IMG/VR virus record: IMGVR_UViG_3300009788_004654
Coordinates: 1-47,704 of that record
Strand: one strand, 5' to 3'
DNA from: a virus
Taxonomy: Duplodnaviria > Caudoviricetes
Length of the DNA: 47,704 bases
In this document: piece after piece, positions 29,912 through 40,411 of the stretch
Position numbering within the stretch: the first letter of the stretch is position 1
Layout: each line of letters opens with the position of its first letter
The notes under the pieces: generated by a model
Databases searched by the model: none
The model's input: only the letters and a program-made list of their open reading frames with translations
Told to the model about the DNA's origin: nothing
Program-made: the position numbers and the translations under genes

Positions 29912-30661
29912 TTATATCTTAATAAAAATATGATTATAACAAAATCTATATGGACCTTTATCATATTTATCAGCATGTCTCTTTGCACAAAGCTCAAATC
30001 CAGCACTCTCAATACTCTTAATAAGTTTCTCACTATATAAAGTATTACGTGTATCTATTTCTATGAGTATTGTTTTAACTCTCTTATTTGAAATAGTTTT
30101 TGTTGCACCATCTATTATTTTACCCTCATTGCCATCTACATCAATTTTAATATGTGTAGGTAAAGTAAGATTAAATTGCTTTATAAAGTCATCAATAGAA
30201 TACCCAAGCATACCTTGTCTAAACTTTGGCTCAAACTTCTTATCCTGCAATACAATATTACTTCCAAAACAATGCATAGACATTGCATGTTCTAAACTAG
30301 ATAAATTAAACAAATCACTTTTTGTAACATCATTAAAAGCAATACAAAACGCAGATATCCTATCATCCATTCCATTACTTTCAATGTTAAAATTAAGAAT
30401 ATAATAATTGTTAGCAGCAGGTTCAAAAGCTAAAACTTTTACACCCTTCTTTAACGCTGCATACAAGGAATAACAACCCACATTTGCACCTACATCCCAA
30501 AGCACATCACCACTTACAAAAGTATCAATCCATTCTATAGTTTCTGGCTCCTTTGTTAATAATGTTATTGCTCGCTTACGAATTACTTTTCCAGGAGGAC
30601 AATAAAATCTTATATTACCTAATTTTGTTTCTATTTCTATCATATGAATATCTTCTGTCAT
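29912..30661 (-). CDS. FkbM-family methyltransferase
   Basis: DVGANVG, FEP and KIDVDGNE motifs. Confidence 0.9.
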   Translation of the reverse strand: MTEDIHMIEIETKLGNIRFYCPPGKVIRKRAITLLTKEPETIEWIDTFVSGDVLWDVGANVGCYSLYAALKKGVKVLAFEPAANNYYILNFNIESNGMDDRISAFCIAFNDVTKSDLFNLSSLEHAMSMHCFGSNIVLQDKKFEPKFRQGMLGYSIDDFIKQFNLTLPTHIKIDVDGNEGKIIDGATKTISNKRVKTILIEIDTRNTLYSEKLIKSIESAGFELCAKRHADKYDKGPYRFCYNHIFIKI

Positions 30662-30664
30662 AAT

Positions 30665-31354
30665 TTACCCTCCTAGAACAGTTCCATCATAAAAATTCTT
30701 ATGCATAGTTGGAGTTAAAATCCTAAAATTTACTCCATACTCTCGTAAATTATGTAAAACTCTTTTAACAATCTTATCAATTTTAACACAATACTCCCAA
30801 TCAAAACCACCAGGGGTAGTATATCCTTTATCATAATAACGCTGAGATTTCTTACCAAAAAATACATCTTTGCGTTTGTGAAAAGTAAGACCATCCATAC
30901 CAACAATATTAACTTGTGAAGCCCCCATTATATGAGCAACCATTATGGCTAAACATCCAGCAGTTCTATAAAAGCCATAAATCTTACCTTCCTTATATTT
31001 TATCGGCATTGTTTCTTTAAAAACTCCATCTTCTTTCTCTATATAGTCTATCAAAAAATAATCCCTAAGTCCAATTACTTCCTTAATATACTCAAAAGGT
31101 ATACCAGAACCTAACAATAGTTTGGATTTAATATTAATATTCTTACCAAAAGTTTTTAATCTTTTCCAATTAGTCCACAAGTGATAATCAGGTATTAAAA
31201 AATTAGTCACATTATTTACACCAATCACAAATGGATTTGTTCTCCTAACAAACCCATGTATTTGCTCTGTACTATCTATTATACTTGCCCCCGTACATAA
31301 TATAAGAGCATCTCTTTCTATTTCTATTCTACATAAATCTCTAATAGTTTTCAT
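30665..31354 (-). CDS. Maf/DUF115/GT29-like CMP-sugar transferase-fold protein
   Basis: ILCTGAS, IGVN, TAG..A...A..MGA and IVGMD motifs. Confidence 0.6.
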   Translation of the reverse strand: MKTIRDLCRIEIERDALILCTGASIIDSTEQIHGFVRRTNPFVIGVNNVTNFLIPDYHLWTNWKRLKTFGKNINIKSKLLLGSGIPFEYIKEVIGLRDYFLIDYIEKEDGVFKETMPIKYKEGKIYGFYRTAGCLAIMVAHIMGASQVNIVGMDGLTFHKRKDVFFGKKSQRYYDKGYTTPGGFDWEYCVKIDKIVKRVLHNLREYGVNFRILTPTMHKNFYDGTVLGG

Positions 31355-31826
31355 GACATACCAACTTACAAGACATTTTCATCATACCAGCAGCTAAACA
31401 ACAAGCAACTCTATGATGTCCCTCAAATATTTCAAATCCAGTATTATATTTATTTTGTACTAATGGCTTATTCAAAATAATTATTCTATCCTTATACCCA
31501 TCAAAATATATATCATGAAACAGATTAATAAAATTAAAAATCTTATCCATTATCCATTCGTAACTTCTACCATAAAAACTTTGTAGTATATAATAAGAAC
31601 TTTCACAAACAATATTACTTATTTCACCTTTATTTTTTATATATAAATCTAAAAATCTGTAATGCGGCGAATATAACATATTAAGTATTTCTTTCTCATG
31701 GCCTTCATATACAAGTTTCCAAAATTTAAACCTGTCTGGATTATATTGCGCCTTTATCTGATTGATATTAACAACTATTTCCTCATAATTATTAATGTTA
31801 ACTTTTCTCGTCAAATCACAAAACAT
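31341..31826 (-). CDS. ParB/Srx-like domain protein
   Basis: EIFEGHHR motif. Confidence 0.55.
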   Translation of the reverse strand: MFCDLTRKVNINNYEEIVVNINQIKAQYNPDRFKFWKLVYEGHEKEILNMLYSPHYRFLDLYIKNKGEISNIVCESSYYILQSFYGRSYEWIMDKIFNFINLFHDIYFDGYKDRIIILNKPLVQNKYNTGFEIFEGHHRVACCLAAGMMKMSCKLVCHENY

Positions 31827-32440
31827 TATCTAAACTCCTTATATGTCTTTTTGAAAGGCATAACACTTAACTTAATGGGGTTTCTCCACAAAACATATGA
31901 AAAACTTATAATGTCTCTATAACTATACTTTTTAACTTCGTTATACCACATTTTCATAAAATCAATAACTTCCAAAGAATTTCTTCTTATCATTATCCCT
32001 GGTGCATATAATCCAAAATTTCTAGGAAAACCATCTCTATAATAAGAAATAATTTGATCTGCAATAATTTCACCATCACCTATTCTGTTTTTAATACAAA
32101 ATTTACCCTCCTCATACACACAACTTCTTCTTCTATGTCTCATTACAGCAATATCTGTACCATCACTTAAGTTTAATTTTACAAACTCATCAAGATTACA
32201 TTTAATTGTAAACTTAGCATCTATATAAACACATATATCAAAATCTATAAATTCATTACACCTAATCTTAATTTCTCTTGACTTTTTCTTTAAATCGTTA
32301 CATTCAACTTTTATAATAGACCAATTTTCACTAACAATATCCCTATCAGTAAAACATATTAAAGACCAATTCTTATTAATAAACTCAGGCTCATTAAGTT
32401 TATAATCTCCAAGTAAAACCGTATATATTATCTTCTTCAT
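31826..32440 (-). CDS. DUF616/TOD1-like glycosyltransferase
   Basis: YT...G.Y, CFTD, YIDA, H..R.CVYEE and W.......RD..SF motifs. Confidence 0.8.
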   Translation of the reverse strand: MKKIIYTVLLGDYKLNEPEFINKNWSLICFTDRDIVSENWSIIKVECNDLKKKSREIKIRCNEFIDFDICVYIDAKFTIKCNLDEFVKLNLSDGTDIAVMRHRRRSCVYEEGKFCIKNRIGDGEIIADQIISYYRDGFPRNFGLYAPGIMIRRNSLEVIDFMKMWYNEVKKYSYRDIISFSYVLWRNPIKLSVMPFKKTYKEFR

Positions 32441-33027
32441 ACAAATGGATTTCCTTCATCTATATCAATAAAATTCCATTCGAATAACTTTATTATCTTA
32501 CTTATTTGACCTTTTATTTTATTATGCCTTTCAACAGAAAAGTCCTTTAATTTTTTATAATGCCATTGTACATAAAGCCTATTAATATATTTTATAGAAC
32601 CATCTTTTAGCATTTTTTCTAACACATCATATTCAGCACCTTCTATATTCATCTTACAAATAATATAATCATCTTTATTAAAATTATCCAATATCCATTT
32701 AGAAAAATCAATCGCACAAACTATAACTGGATTATTCTTACAAACATTCCTTCTTTTAGAAAACATAACAGAACTTGATTGTGATTTCCTTTTTGGACCA
32801 GGATATAGATGAACTTTTTCATCACAAATCCACACTGCTTTATCAATGAAATTAAATTTCTTTGGTCTCATTTTTCGACTCAAATTTTCTAAACCCCTCT
32901 TAAGCTTTGGATGACATTCAAAAGCATACATGTCAAAATAATCTCCATAATGCTTCTTAAAAGCCAATATAGAATAGCCTCTCCAAGCACCACAATCAAT
33001 ATAAATTTTCCTTCTTACTTCATCCAT
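32437..33027 (-). CDS. FkbM-like methyltransferase
   Basis: IDCGA..G, AFE and KMNIEGAEY motifs. Confidence 0.85.
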   Translation of the reverse strand: MDEVRRKIYIDCGAWRGYSILAFKKHYGDYFDMYAFECHPKLKRGLENLSRKMRPKKFNFIDKAVWICDEKVHLYPGPKRKSQSSSVMFSKRRNVCKNNPVIVCAIDFSKWILDNFNKDDYIICKMNIEGAEYDVLEKMLKDGSIKYINRLYVQWHYKKLKDFSVERHNKIKGQISKIIKLFEWNFIDIDEGNPFV

Positions 33028-33557
33028 AATAATTGCCTATCTAATTTTCTTACAATTGAAATGCCATAATAAAAAGGAAGAGTAACTATTTCACATTTAT
33101 TAAAATAATTTCTTCTTATATAATCAGCGGTCTTATATGAATCTTTACAATAACCAACAGTTAATTTCTTACAAGTAGGATATGTATCATGTAAAAGAAT
33201 TAATCCATTGTCATTTACAAGGGGAAAAACTAAATTAAAATCCTCTAAACTTGATTCATGTTTATGATCAGCATCTATAAAAACTAAATCAAATTTTTTA
33301 CTTTTATCATGGTTTTTCAAAAAACTAACGGTAGTGCCATGATACCAAATAAGATTATTATTTTCACTAATATATTTATAACAATCTTTATAATCAACAG
33401 CATAAGCTTCCTCAGCAAGAGGAGCAACAACATTAAAGCATGGACCTTCTCTAATGCCAAGCTCTAAATACCTATTTAAAGCCTTTGCATTCTTTAAACC
33501 AATAGCAATTGACTTAACAAATTTAACATGATCATTTTTACCAAAAGGCACTTTCAT
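33015..33557 (-). CDS. class I SAM methyltransferase (Methyltransf_24-like)
   Basis: YLELG, FDLVFIDADH and G.ILLHD motifs. Confidence 0.88.
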   Translation of the reverse strand: MKVPFGKNDHVKFVKSIAIGLKNAKALNRYLELGIREGPCFNVVAPLAEEAYAVDYKDCYKYISENNNLIWYHGTTVSFLKNHDKSKKFDLVFIDADHKHESSLEDFNLVFPLVNDNGLILLHDTYPTCKKLTVGYCKDSYKTADYIRRNYFNKCEIVTLPFYYGISIVRKLDRQLLWMK

Positions 33558-34142
33558 TTATTTCACTCCTCCAAACGAATAACCAAAAAATTCAATATCT
33601 TCTTTATACAATTCTCCAACTCTCTTTCCCAAATACCTATCATAATACTTCCAATAATCATCATGTCGTGATTTATTTATATGAGGAAGACATCTATTAA
33701 TTCCTAATTTTTTACATATAAATAACCAATCCTCTTCATAATTCTCCATTCTACCAATAAAATCAATACAAGGCTTACCATCCATTCCTTTAATCCACGA
33801 AATCTGAATAGGAACAGGAGAACAAGAATCATATGGATTTATAGCCCTAACAAAAGTACCAAAAGATTTCAAATCACTTAAACATATTCCTTTACGCCCC
33901 TTTCTACTAACTTGTTTATAATAACTATATAATGAAACCATTCTATCCCAAGGATTCCTACAAAATACAAATTTAAAATAACTTTGAAAAACCTTCTCAC
34001 CTAACTTTCTTTGCCAATCATAAATTCTTCTATGATCAGCACTTCCAATAGACGGGTTGACTCCCCATATAGCCAACTCTATAGACTTGCCACCATTTCT
34101 ATTAGGATGAATAAATATACATTTCAAATCATGTGAAATCAT
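33558..34142 (-). CDS. sulfotransferase (Sulfotransfer_2-like)
   Basis: PAPS motifs FIHPNRNGGKS and RNPWDRMVS.Y, plus FIGR.E and D...FGY. Confidence 0.85.
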   Translation of the reverse strand: MISHDLKCIFIHPNRNGGKSIELAIWGVNPSIGSADHRRIYDWQRKLGEKVFQSYFKFVFCRNPWDRMVSLYSYYKQVSRKGRKGICLSDLKSFGTFVRAINPYDSCSPVPIQISWIKGMDGKPCIDFIGRMENYEEDWLFICKKLGINRCLPHINKSRHDDYWKYYDRYLGKRVGELYKEDIEFFGYSFGGVK

Positions 34143-34948
34143 AACATACTTTTTATATATAATTCAATTCTCTTTTTCCAAGCTTGACCCCATTCACCAT
34201 CTAAAGGATGATTTCTACTTGCTTGTTTATGGGTAGCAAACAATTTACCATTATAATGCCATTCAGACATATGTGAAGGCTTCTGAAAGCAAAATTCTTC
34301 ATGTTTTATACTTTCAAATGGCAACTGGCTATCTTTTGATGTCATAAGAACCATAGGCATAGAATTACCAGTAAATCCAGCTTTTTTAATCAAAGGAAGT
34401 TTCCAGCCAGTATCACATTTAAGAACACTACCTTCTTCTTTGCCAAAATATTCAGACTCTTCTTTAGGTATTATATATCTACAGACAGACTCATCACCTT
34501 CAATAAGTTCAGGAGAAAAATCTAACTCGATCTTATCTAATATATAAGACCTAAAGGCAAACAAATAAACAGTAGGAAAATTCACATATTTCATACCATG
34601 CCCATAACTAGCTCCAAAACAATCATAATTATTTAGTTCATTAACAATAATATCATCCCACCCCTTATAGAGAATTGCCACATCGGCATCTATGAATATT
34701 ACATAATCATGCTCCACATATTTCTGAGCTAAATTCATAGCAGCAGCATGATTCATAGAATTATGCCCTTTATCTTCAGATCTAGCTACACATTCATATC
34801 CAAATGGTAGCATATTAGAACCAACAGACTTAATACACTTCCAATGAATCTTATGCTTACCACTTAAAAATTTCTCACAAGTATACTTTAAAAACCAAGC
34901 ATACTTAGCAGAATTATTACCTATAAATGTAAAAAAATCTATCTTCAC
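34139..34948 (-). CDS. GT-A glycosyltransferase-like protein
   Basis: H...MN, FIDAD (DxD) and DTG motifs. Confidence 0.7.
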   Translation of the reverse strand: MKIDFFTFIGNNSAKYAWFLKYTCEKFLSGKHKIHWKCIKSVGSNMLPFGYECVARSEDKGHNSMNHAAAMNLAQKYVEHDYVIFIDADVAILYKGWDDIIVNELNNYDCFGASYGHGMKYVNFPTVYLFAFRSYILDKIELDFSPELIEGDESVCRYIIPKEESEYFGKEEGSVLKCDTGWKLPLIKKAGFTGNSMPMVLMTSKDSQLPFESIKHEEFCFQKPSHMSEWHYNGKLFATHKQASRNHPLDGEWGQAWKKRIELYIKSML

Positions 34949-36277
34949 CTACTTCATCTCCTTTTTTCTTATAAAAACTATTTTGTCATCATATATGTCA
35001 ACTTTATCTATACACATATTTATATATTCCAATTGATCTGGAATCAAAACCTTACTCTCAAAATTACCAGTTTGCTTATATCTTTTAAAAACATCAATTG
35101 TATTATCTGCTCTAACTTTAAACTTATTATTATGTTTTCTTCTATAATGCAAATCCTCTATAATATACAACCCACCATCCAATAAAAATGGAAATAGATA
35201 CCCAAAAGAATATTGTTGATCCTCTGCCATATGTGAAGCATCATCAACAATAATCTTAAATCTCACAACTTTATCACCATCAAACATTTTAGACATCTCA
35301 TTAACAGAAGTTTGATCTGCTCTAAAATATTTAAGTCTACCTGTATTTACCAAAACCTTAAGTCTTTTATCTTTGGGCACTCCTTTAATTATGTCAATAC
35401 TATATAATATAGTATTCTGAAAATAAGTAGTCCACATCTTTGCAGACGCACCTTTATATAACCCAATTTCTAACATATTAAATTGATCATTTCTTATAGG
35501 ATAAAAATAATTATTATAAATCTTTGTATAGTTACGATTAATACTGCCCTTATCACATTCAAACTTGTTAGCTAAAACCGTAAGTTCATCCAAATGATCT
35601 TTATCCTTAACTACCCACGATGTAAAATATTTTTTACTTACATTAGGCTTTGCAAATTTAGACCTCTCCAACCAATTTCTACCAAGATCTTTAAGTATAA
35701 CTCTTTTATCAGGATAAGCTATAATCTTTCCTTTTGGTGAAACTCCAAGAGAACGTGCTGGCATTTCAATACCAAAATTTTTACCTCTAAGTTGACACTC
35801 TGGGTTAAATTTTTCATCCAACTTACCTGCTACAGCCTTATAATATCTTTCATGCATAATACTAGGAGATGTAGGACATGCTTTATAGCTATATGTATAA
35901 GCTCTAAGAGCAACCTCCATTAAATCAGGGTATTCACCAAAATATTCCAAAAGGTATGGTACAGAAACTTCTTCCAAAAGACCCCAATCATCTTCTAAAT
36001 TAAAAATATATTTAGTTCGTGCATTACTCCAAATCCAATTATATGCCCTAGTATAATTGGGTCTATTTGGAAAATTATAATGAACTTCACCAAAATATTT
36101 TTTGGCAACTTTTATAACTTCCATTCTATCAACATCACTAGGAATAGGGTCTACGTTAATAAACAAACCACATTGCTTAAGATCAATTCCATCTAAATTT
36201 TCAGAAAACGAAGCATAGGTCTGATCTACTATATCAGGTCTTGCCATAGCAGTAGTAGTGAAATCCATTATAATCAT
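34949..36277 (-). CDS. GT-A glycosyltransferase / sugar O-methyltransferase fusion
   Basis: N-terminal LEDDW. C-terminal DK..H/NY, LEIG, IVDDASH and GG.YIIED (MycE-like). Confidence 0.75.
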   Translation of the reverse strand: MIIMDFTTTAMARPDIVDQTYASFSENLDGIDLKQCGLFINVDPIPSDVDRMEVIKVAKKYFGEVHYNFPNRPNYTRAYNWIWSNARTKYIFNLEDDWGLLEEVSVPYLLEYFGEYPDLMEVALRAYTYSYKACPTSPSIMHERYYKAVAGKLDEKFNPECQLRGKNFGIEMPARSLGVSPKGKIIAYPDKRVILKDLGRNWLERSKFAKPNVSKKYFTSWVVKDKDHLDELTVLANKFECDKGSINRNYTKIYNNYFYPIRNDQFNMLEIGLYKGASAKMWTTYFQNTILYSIDIIKGVPKDKRLKVLVNTGRLKYFRADQTSVNEMSKMFDGDKVVRFKIIVDDASHMAEDQQYSFGYLFPFLLDGGLYIIEDLHYRRKHNNKFKVRADNTIDVFKRYKQTGNFESKVLIPDQLEYINMCIDKVDIYDDKIVFIRKKEMK

Positions 36278-36280
36278 GAC

Positions 36281-36937
36281 TTACTCCTTAAAACTTCCAA
36301 TAATTGTTAGATAGTTACCATTTCTATGCAAGTCAATCCCCTTTAATTCTATCAAATATTTATAATACTCAACAATTTTATTATCTTTAGTACAAACAAA
36401 TAAATTTTTTATGTTACCATAATTTTTAATTAGTCTAAATAACATACTTATATTAAACTCAGTCGAAAAATATCCTTTCTTACCACAATATCCAGACTCC
36501 AGCCCACCTGTCTTAATCCTCCACTTAAACATAGTTAAATAAAAATTCTTAGATATTCTACTCAATTCAGCAATAGTACTAATAATATCTGGAGAATGTT
36601 CGAGCACACAACATAAATAAACTAAATCAAACTCCTTATTTTTAAATCCAGTATTATGCATTTCACCCTTAACAGTAATAAAACCCAGATTCTTAGCATT
36701 TTCAAGAAATAAATCTGACACATCAAGTATAGTATAACTAATATCACTTTTGTGTTTCACAATCTCTTGAGCTTCTATAGCCTCACCTGCACCAATTTCA
36801 AGTATATTCTTAAAATCTGAAGCTACAATATATTCTACATACTTAGACTTACTTAAATGACTTATACGATCATTAACCCAATTAATGTCACCTATACTAT
36901 ATTTATTCCATTTATCATAATTTATTTCATCAACCAT
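36281..36937 (-). CDS. class I SAM methyltransferase
   Basis: LEIGAG, LDVS, FDLV and VLEH motifs. Confidence 0.85.
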   Translation of the reverse strand: MVDEINYDKWNKYSIGDINWVNDRISHLSKSKYVEYIVASDFKNILEIGAGEAIEAQEIVKHKSDISYTILDVSDLFLENAKNLGFITVKGEMHNTGFKNKEFDLVYLCCVLEHSPDIISTIAELSRISKNFYLTMFKWRIKTGGLESGYCGKKGYFSTEFNISMLFRLIKNYGNIKNLFVCTKDNKIVEYYKYLIELKGIDLHRNGNYLTIIGSFKE

Positions 36938-36956
36938 CTCAATAATACCTTATAAT

Positions 36957-37745
36957 TCAAAAAGCCTTAATTTTCGTCACATCACTCAAACAACCACCAA
37001 ACCACCATTGTAGCTCTGTATATGCACTAGGTACTGATACAATAAATCTTTTATTCTTACCACCAAGAAATAGATCAATCAACATGTCTTGCCCTCTTTC
37101 AACAGCATGGCTTCGCAAATCATTTCTAGGTGTTCTATTAGGGAAACTAATAATCTTATTGGGAAAAATATTTTTAAGTTCTTCAATAATTTCATCACTA
37201 TCAGATGTAACAAAAAATATTGATGTATCATTTTTTATTTTGTCCATAGCCTCAATAAAATTATTGAGATTAAAAGATTTTGCCCTAACCTTTTCAGTTA
37301 CATACTTATAAACCCAAGAACGAATACTTACAGAAACAGTTTTATTATCAAAATTCTTTGAGAATCTTTTAACTTGATCACGAACATATTTAACAGGCTT
37401 TAAAATTTTTATCTTCTCTAAATATATTTTCCTCATCACATCTGGAGTATTATTAAACATGAAATCAATTCTCTTATAATCTATATTATCCTCTGGTAAA
37501 ACCAAAAATCTCCATGAAAAATAACAATTATCTCCAAATTTTTCTCGAACATTTTTTGCAGTATGAAAAGTATTTTCCAAACTAATCTCGTTCTCAAATA
37601 ACTCATTAAAAGAACAACCAAGATTACGATTTGTATCCCAAATAATTCTATAATTATCAGACATTCTCATAGCAGAAAACAAACATTTTAATCTACTACA
37701 TATCCCAGCAACATTATATCCAACAACTAACCTGTTTCTATCCAT
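36957..37745 (-). CDS. fucosyltransferase-like protein (GT11/GT23/O-FucT fold)
   Basis: G.CSRL, VSIR, FVTSD, DL and SAY..L.WW motifs. Confidence 0.65.
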   Translation of the reverse strand: MDRNRLVVGYNVAGICSRLKCLFSAMRMSDNYRIIWDTNRNLGCSFNELFENEISLENTFHTAKNVREKFGDNCYFSWRFLVLPEDNIDYKRIDFMFNNTPDVMRKIYLEKIKILKPVKYVRDQVKRFSKNFDNKTVSVSIRSWVYKYVTEKVRAKSFNLNNFIEAMDKIKNDTSIFFVTSDSDEIIEELKNIFPNKIISFPNRTPRNDLRSHAVERGQDMLIDLFLGGKNKRFIVSVPSAYTELQWWFGGCLSDVTKIKAF

Positions 37746-37748
37746 CGT

Positions 37749-38537
37749 TTATCTTTTCTCCTTTGTTATATCCATTCCTAATATCTTTCTTCCAACTGAC
37801 TTTAGATGTCTGATATAAACATTTTTTTCATCAGTAACTACTGGCTCAGACTCAACCAGATTATAATAATCACACCCAAACAGTCCTATATTTGTTCCAA
37901 GAAATTCAAAAACTATAGGTTCTAATCCAACTTCACAATACCCCCAATCCTCAAAGTGTTTTAAAACTAAAGAAGATAAAAATACCTGATCAACCCACCA
38001 ACGCAACGTAGTTCTATAATGAGTCTTATGTTCAGGTCTTCCAATCTCAAGAGTTTTCCATATCCTATCATACTCTGGCAAAAACTTACTATCTCCGCTT
38101 AAAATTATTTTTCTAGCAAATGTAATTAATTTACGAGAGGGAGATTTAGCAAATATAACACCTCCATTAGCATAAGCTCTTAAATATCTCTTCTTAACCA
38201 AATCATTACGAACAGTTATACCAAAATCAAAATTATAGTCAAAAACACGACTCCAATCATTAATAAAAAAAGTATCAAAATCAACAAAAGTAACTTTTCT
38301 ACATTTTATTAATTCATCAATAACAATACTAAATTTTAAGAATTGCATTTGAGCTCTAAACAAAAAACTGTCAATTTCAACATATTCTATATCATTACTC
38401 TTTAAGACACTAACTTGACCATCAGTTAAATCAGGCCCATAAAGCACAAAATCAGCATTCACTCTATTTCTCGTCTCAAGAAACAATTTACCACAACTAA
38501 AATAATTAGCATCAGACATTGTTACTACCTTATGCAT
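37749..38537 (-). CDS. GT-A nucleotide-diphospho-sugar transferase
   Basis: K, DFD, NGGV, DQ, YN and H motifs. Confidence 0.7.
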   Translation of the reverse strand: MHKVVTMSDANYFSCGKLFLETRNRVNADFVLYGPDLTDGQVSVLKSNDIEYVEIDSFLFRAQMQFLKFSIVIDELIKCRKVTFVDFDTFFINDWSRVFDYNFDFGITVRNDLVKKRYLRAYANGGVIFAKSPSRKLITFARKIILSGDSKFLPEYDRIWKTLEIGRPEHKTHYRTTLRWWVDQVFLSSLVLKHFEDWGYCEVGLEPIVFEFLGTNIGLFGCDYYNLVESEPVVTDEKNVYIRHLKSVGRKILGMDITKEKR

Positions 38538-39433
38538 TTCAATATCCTTTTATAAGACTTCTCTAAACTATAGTTATCAACCGCTATTTTCCTACACCTA
38601 ACAGGATCTCTATCAACTAACAAGACTTCAGCAGCCCGTATCATATTTTTCTTAGAACAAACAAAACTATTTCCATTGTGAAAATAAAATCTATTTCTCG
38701 GAGCATTTTTATTATAAACAACTGGAATCCCATTCATCGTCATTTCGATGAACGACTGTGGGAATCCTTCAATTTTTAATTCTGTAAACAAAATACCAAC
38801 TTTAGCCATAGGAATAGTCTTTCTTACTTCATCTTGACTAATAAAATCTGTACAAACAACTTCATGGTTTGTAACTATTTTCTTCTCATACTCCTTTCCA
38901 CCTATCCATAAAATCTTTCTTTTTTCTTTAACTTTATTCAAATTATTAAGAAAATATAATTCATTTTTATCAGCCCTTCTTCCTATTAATAAATAATCAA
39001 ATTCTCTTTCTTGTTTACCAGGTTTCCACACTTCAGGATTCTTACCTTTAAACCATAATCTAGCATTTTTTCTAATTCTTTCTTCTGTATCAACAAGACT
39101 AATATCACAAAAATTATTATACATATTTTTTGAATTACATGAATAATATACTTTCTTATTACCAATGCTAGACAAAATCTCATTATCTTTTCTTACATTA
39201 TGCTTCACAGACCAAACAATAGCATCAGGATATCGTTTTATAAATCTTACAACATCATTTGGCCTAATAATACTATGCTCCCAAGGCTCCTTAACACTCT
39301 GTAGAGTCATATATATTATACAGCCATAATTTTTTGCATATTCTCTATAACCACAAGTTGCATCACCCTCTATCATCTTCTGATGTTTCCAATTTGCTTT
39401 ATCAGAAATCCCACCATATAAAATAATTAACAT
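38525..39433 (-). CDS. GT-B glycosyltransferase (GT4-like)
   Basis: GR...KN and EGFPQSFIE...GIPVV motifs. Confidence 0.8.
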   Translation of the reverse strand: MLIILYGGISDKANWKHQKMIEGDATCGYREYAKNYGCIIYMTLQSVKEPWEHSIIRPNDVVRFIKRYPDAIVWSVKHNVRKDNEILSSIGNKKVYYSCNSKNMYNNFCDISLVDTEERIRKNARLWFKGKNPEVWKPGKQEREFDYLLIGRRADKNELYFLNNLNKVKEKRKILWIGGKEYEKKIVTNHEVVCTDFISQDEVRKTIPMAKVGILFTELKIEGFPQSFIEMTMNGIPVVYNKNAPRNRFYFHNGNSFVCSKKNMIRAAEVLLVDRDPVRCRKIAVDNYSLEKSYKRILKCIR

Positions 39434-40410
39434 AAACTTTCCATCAATTCAACAAATTTTTTCATATTATCTTCTCTACTTCCCAATGAAAGAACTTTTT
39501 CTCTAGCATTCTTTCCAAATTCTTTTCTCTTTTCAATATCAAGCATCAAAGTTTCTACACATTCAACAAAAGAATTAAAATTGTTCCTAGAAACCAAACC
39601 TGTTTCATTATCTATAAGATAATCCTGCATTCCAGACATAGGTGTATCCGTACCAACAACTGGACACTTTGTCAACATTGCTTCAGCAGCAACTATATGC
39701 AACCCCTCCAATTCAGTAGCCGAAAGCCAAATATCAGCTATATTGTATAACACATTCTTACGGCTATATTTAGGTTGCTCTAAATAAAAATCAATATCCT
39801 CTATATTTGGATTTTTATTAACTCCAAACATTACTAAACGTACATTGCCATATTGCTCTCTCAAAATTCTAGCAGAATCAATAACCCAATCTGTCCTTTT
39901 AGTTTTATGTCTAGTGTTATACAGCCCACCAAGCCAAATATTATCATCCACCATATCTTTGTTGTATAGTTCATCAAAATCATATCCAGGTCTAACTATA
40001 TAAGAATCAAATCCATGCTCAAGTAATTTATCTTTAAGACAAATAGAATTAACAAACTTAACAGTTGGTACATCTAAAACTTTCTCAATTATTTCATCCT
40101 CCGACATTTGCCAAAGCTCCCAGCCTCTCATCCAATGCGCCTTTAAACCACAATGCTCTGGCATTTCTAAAGTAGTCTTAACAGTGTGATATCCAGTAGC
40201 TATTACAATATCAGCAATAGGAACCTCATCAACAGACTTTACAATCAAATGTTTTGCTTCTAATTGAGTCCATGTATGTTGATTTTTGCCAGTATCAACT
40301 ATAGTCACATCATGACCTAAATTAACTAAAGCATTAGCCGACTTAATAACAGTTAAGCTCCCCCCATTGTTACCCAATCCACAATTCATAGCATCAAAAA
40401 TAATTTTCAT
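39427..40410 (-). CDS. glycosyltransferase family 4
   Basis: GG, GHDV and EGL....EAM....PVV motifs. Confidence 0.88.
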   Translation of the reverse strand: MKIIFDAMNCGLGNNGGSLTVIKSANALVNLGHDVTIVDTGKNQHTWTQLEAKHLIVKSVDEVPIADIVIATGYHTVKTTLEMPEHCGLKAHWMRGWELWQMSEDEIIEKVLDVPTVKFVNSICLKDKLLEHGFDSYIVRPGYDFDELYNKDMVDDNIWLGGLYNTRHKTKRTDWVIDSARILREQYGNVRLVMFGVNKNPNIEDIDFYLEQPKYSRKNVLYNIADIWLSATELEGLHIVAAEAMLTKCPVVGTDTPMSGMQDYLIDNETGLVSRNNFNSFVECVETLMLDIEKRKEFGKNAREKVLSLGSREDNMKKFVELMESLC

Positions 40411-40411
40411 A

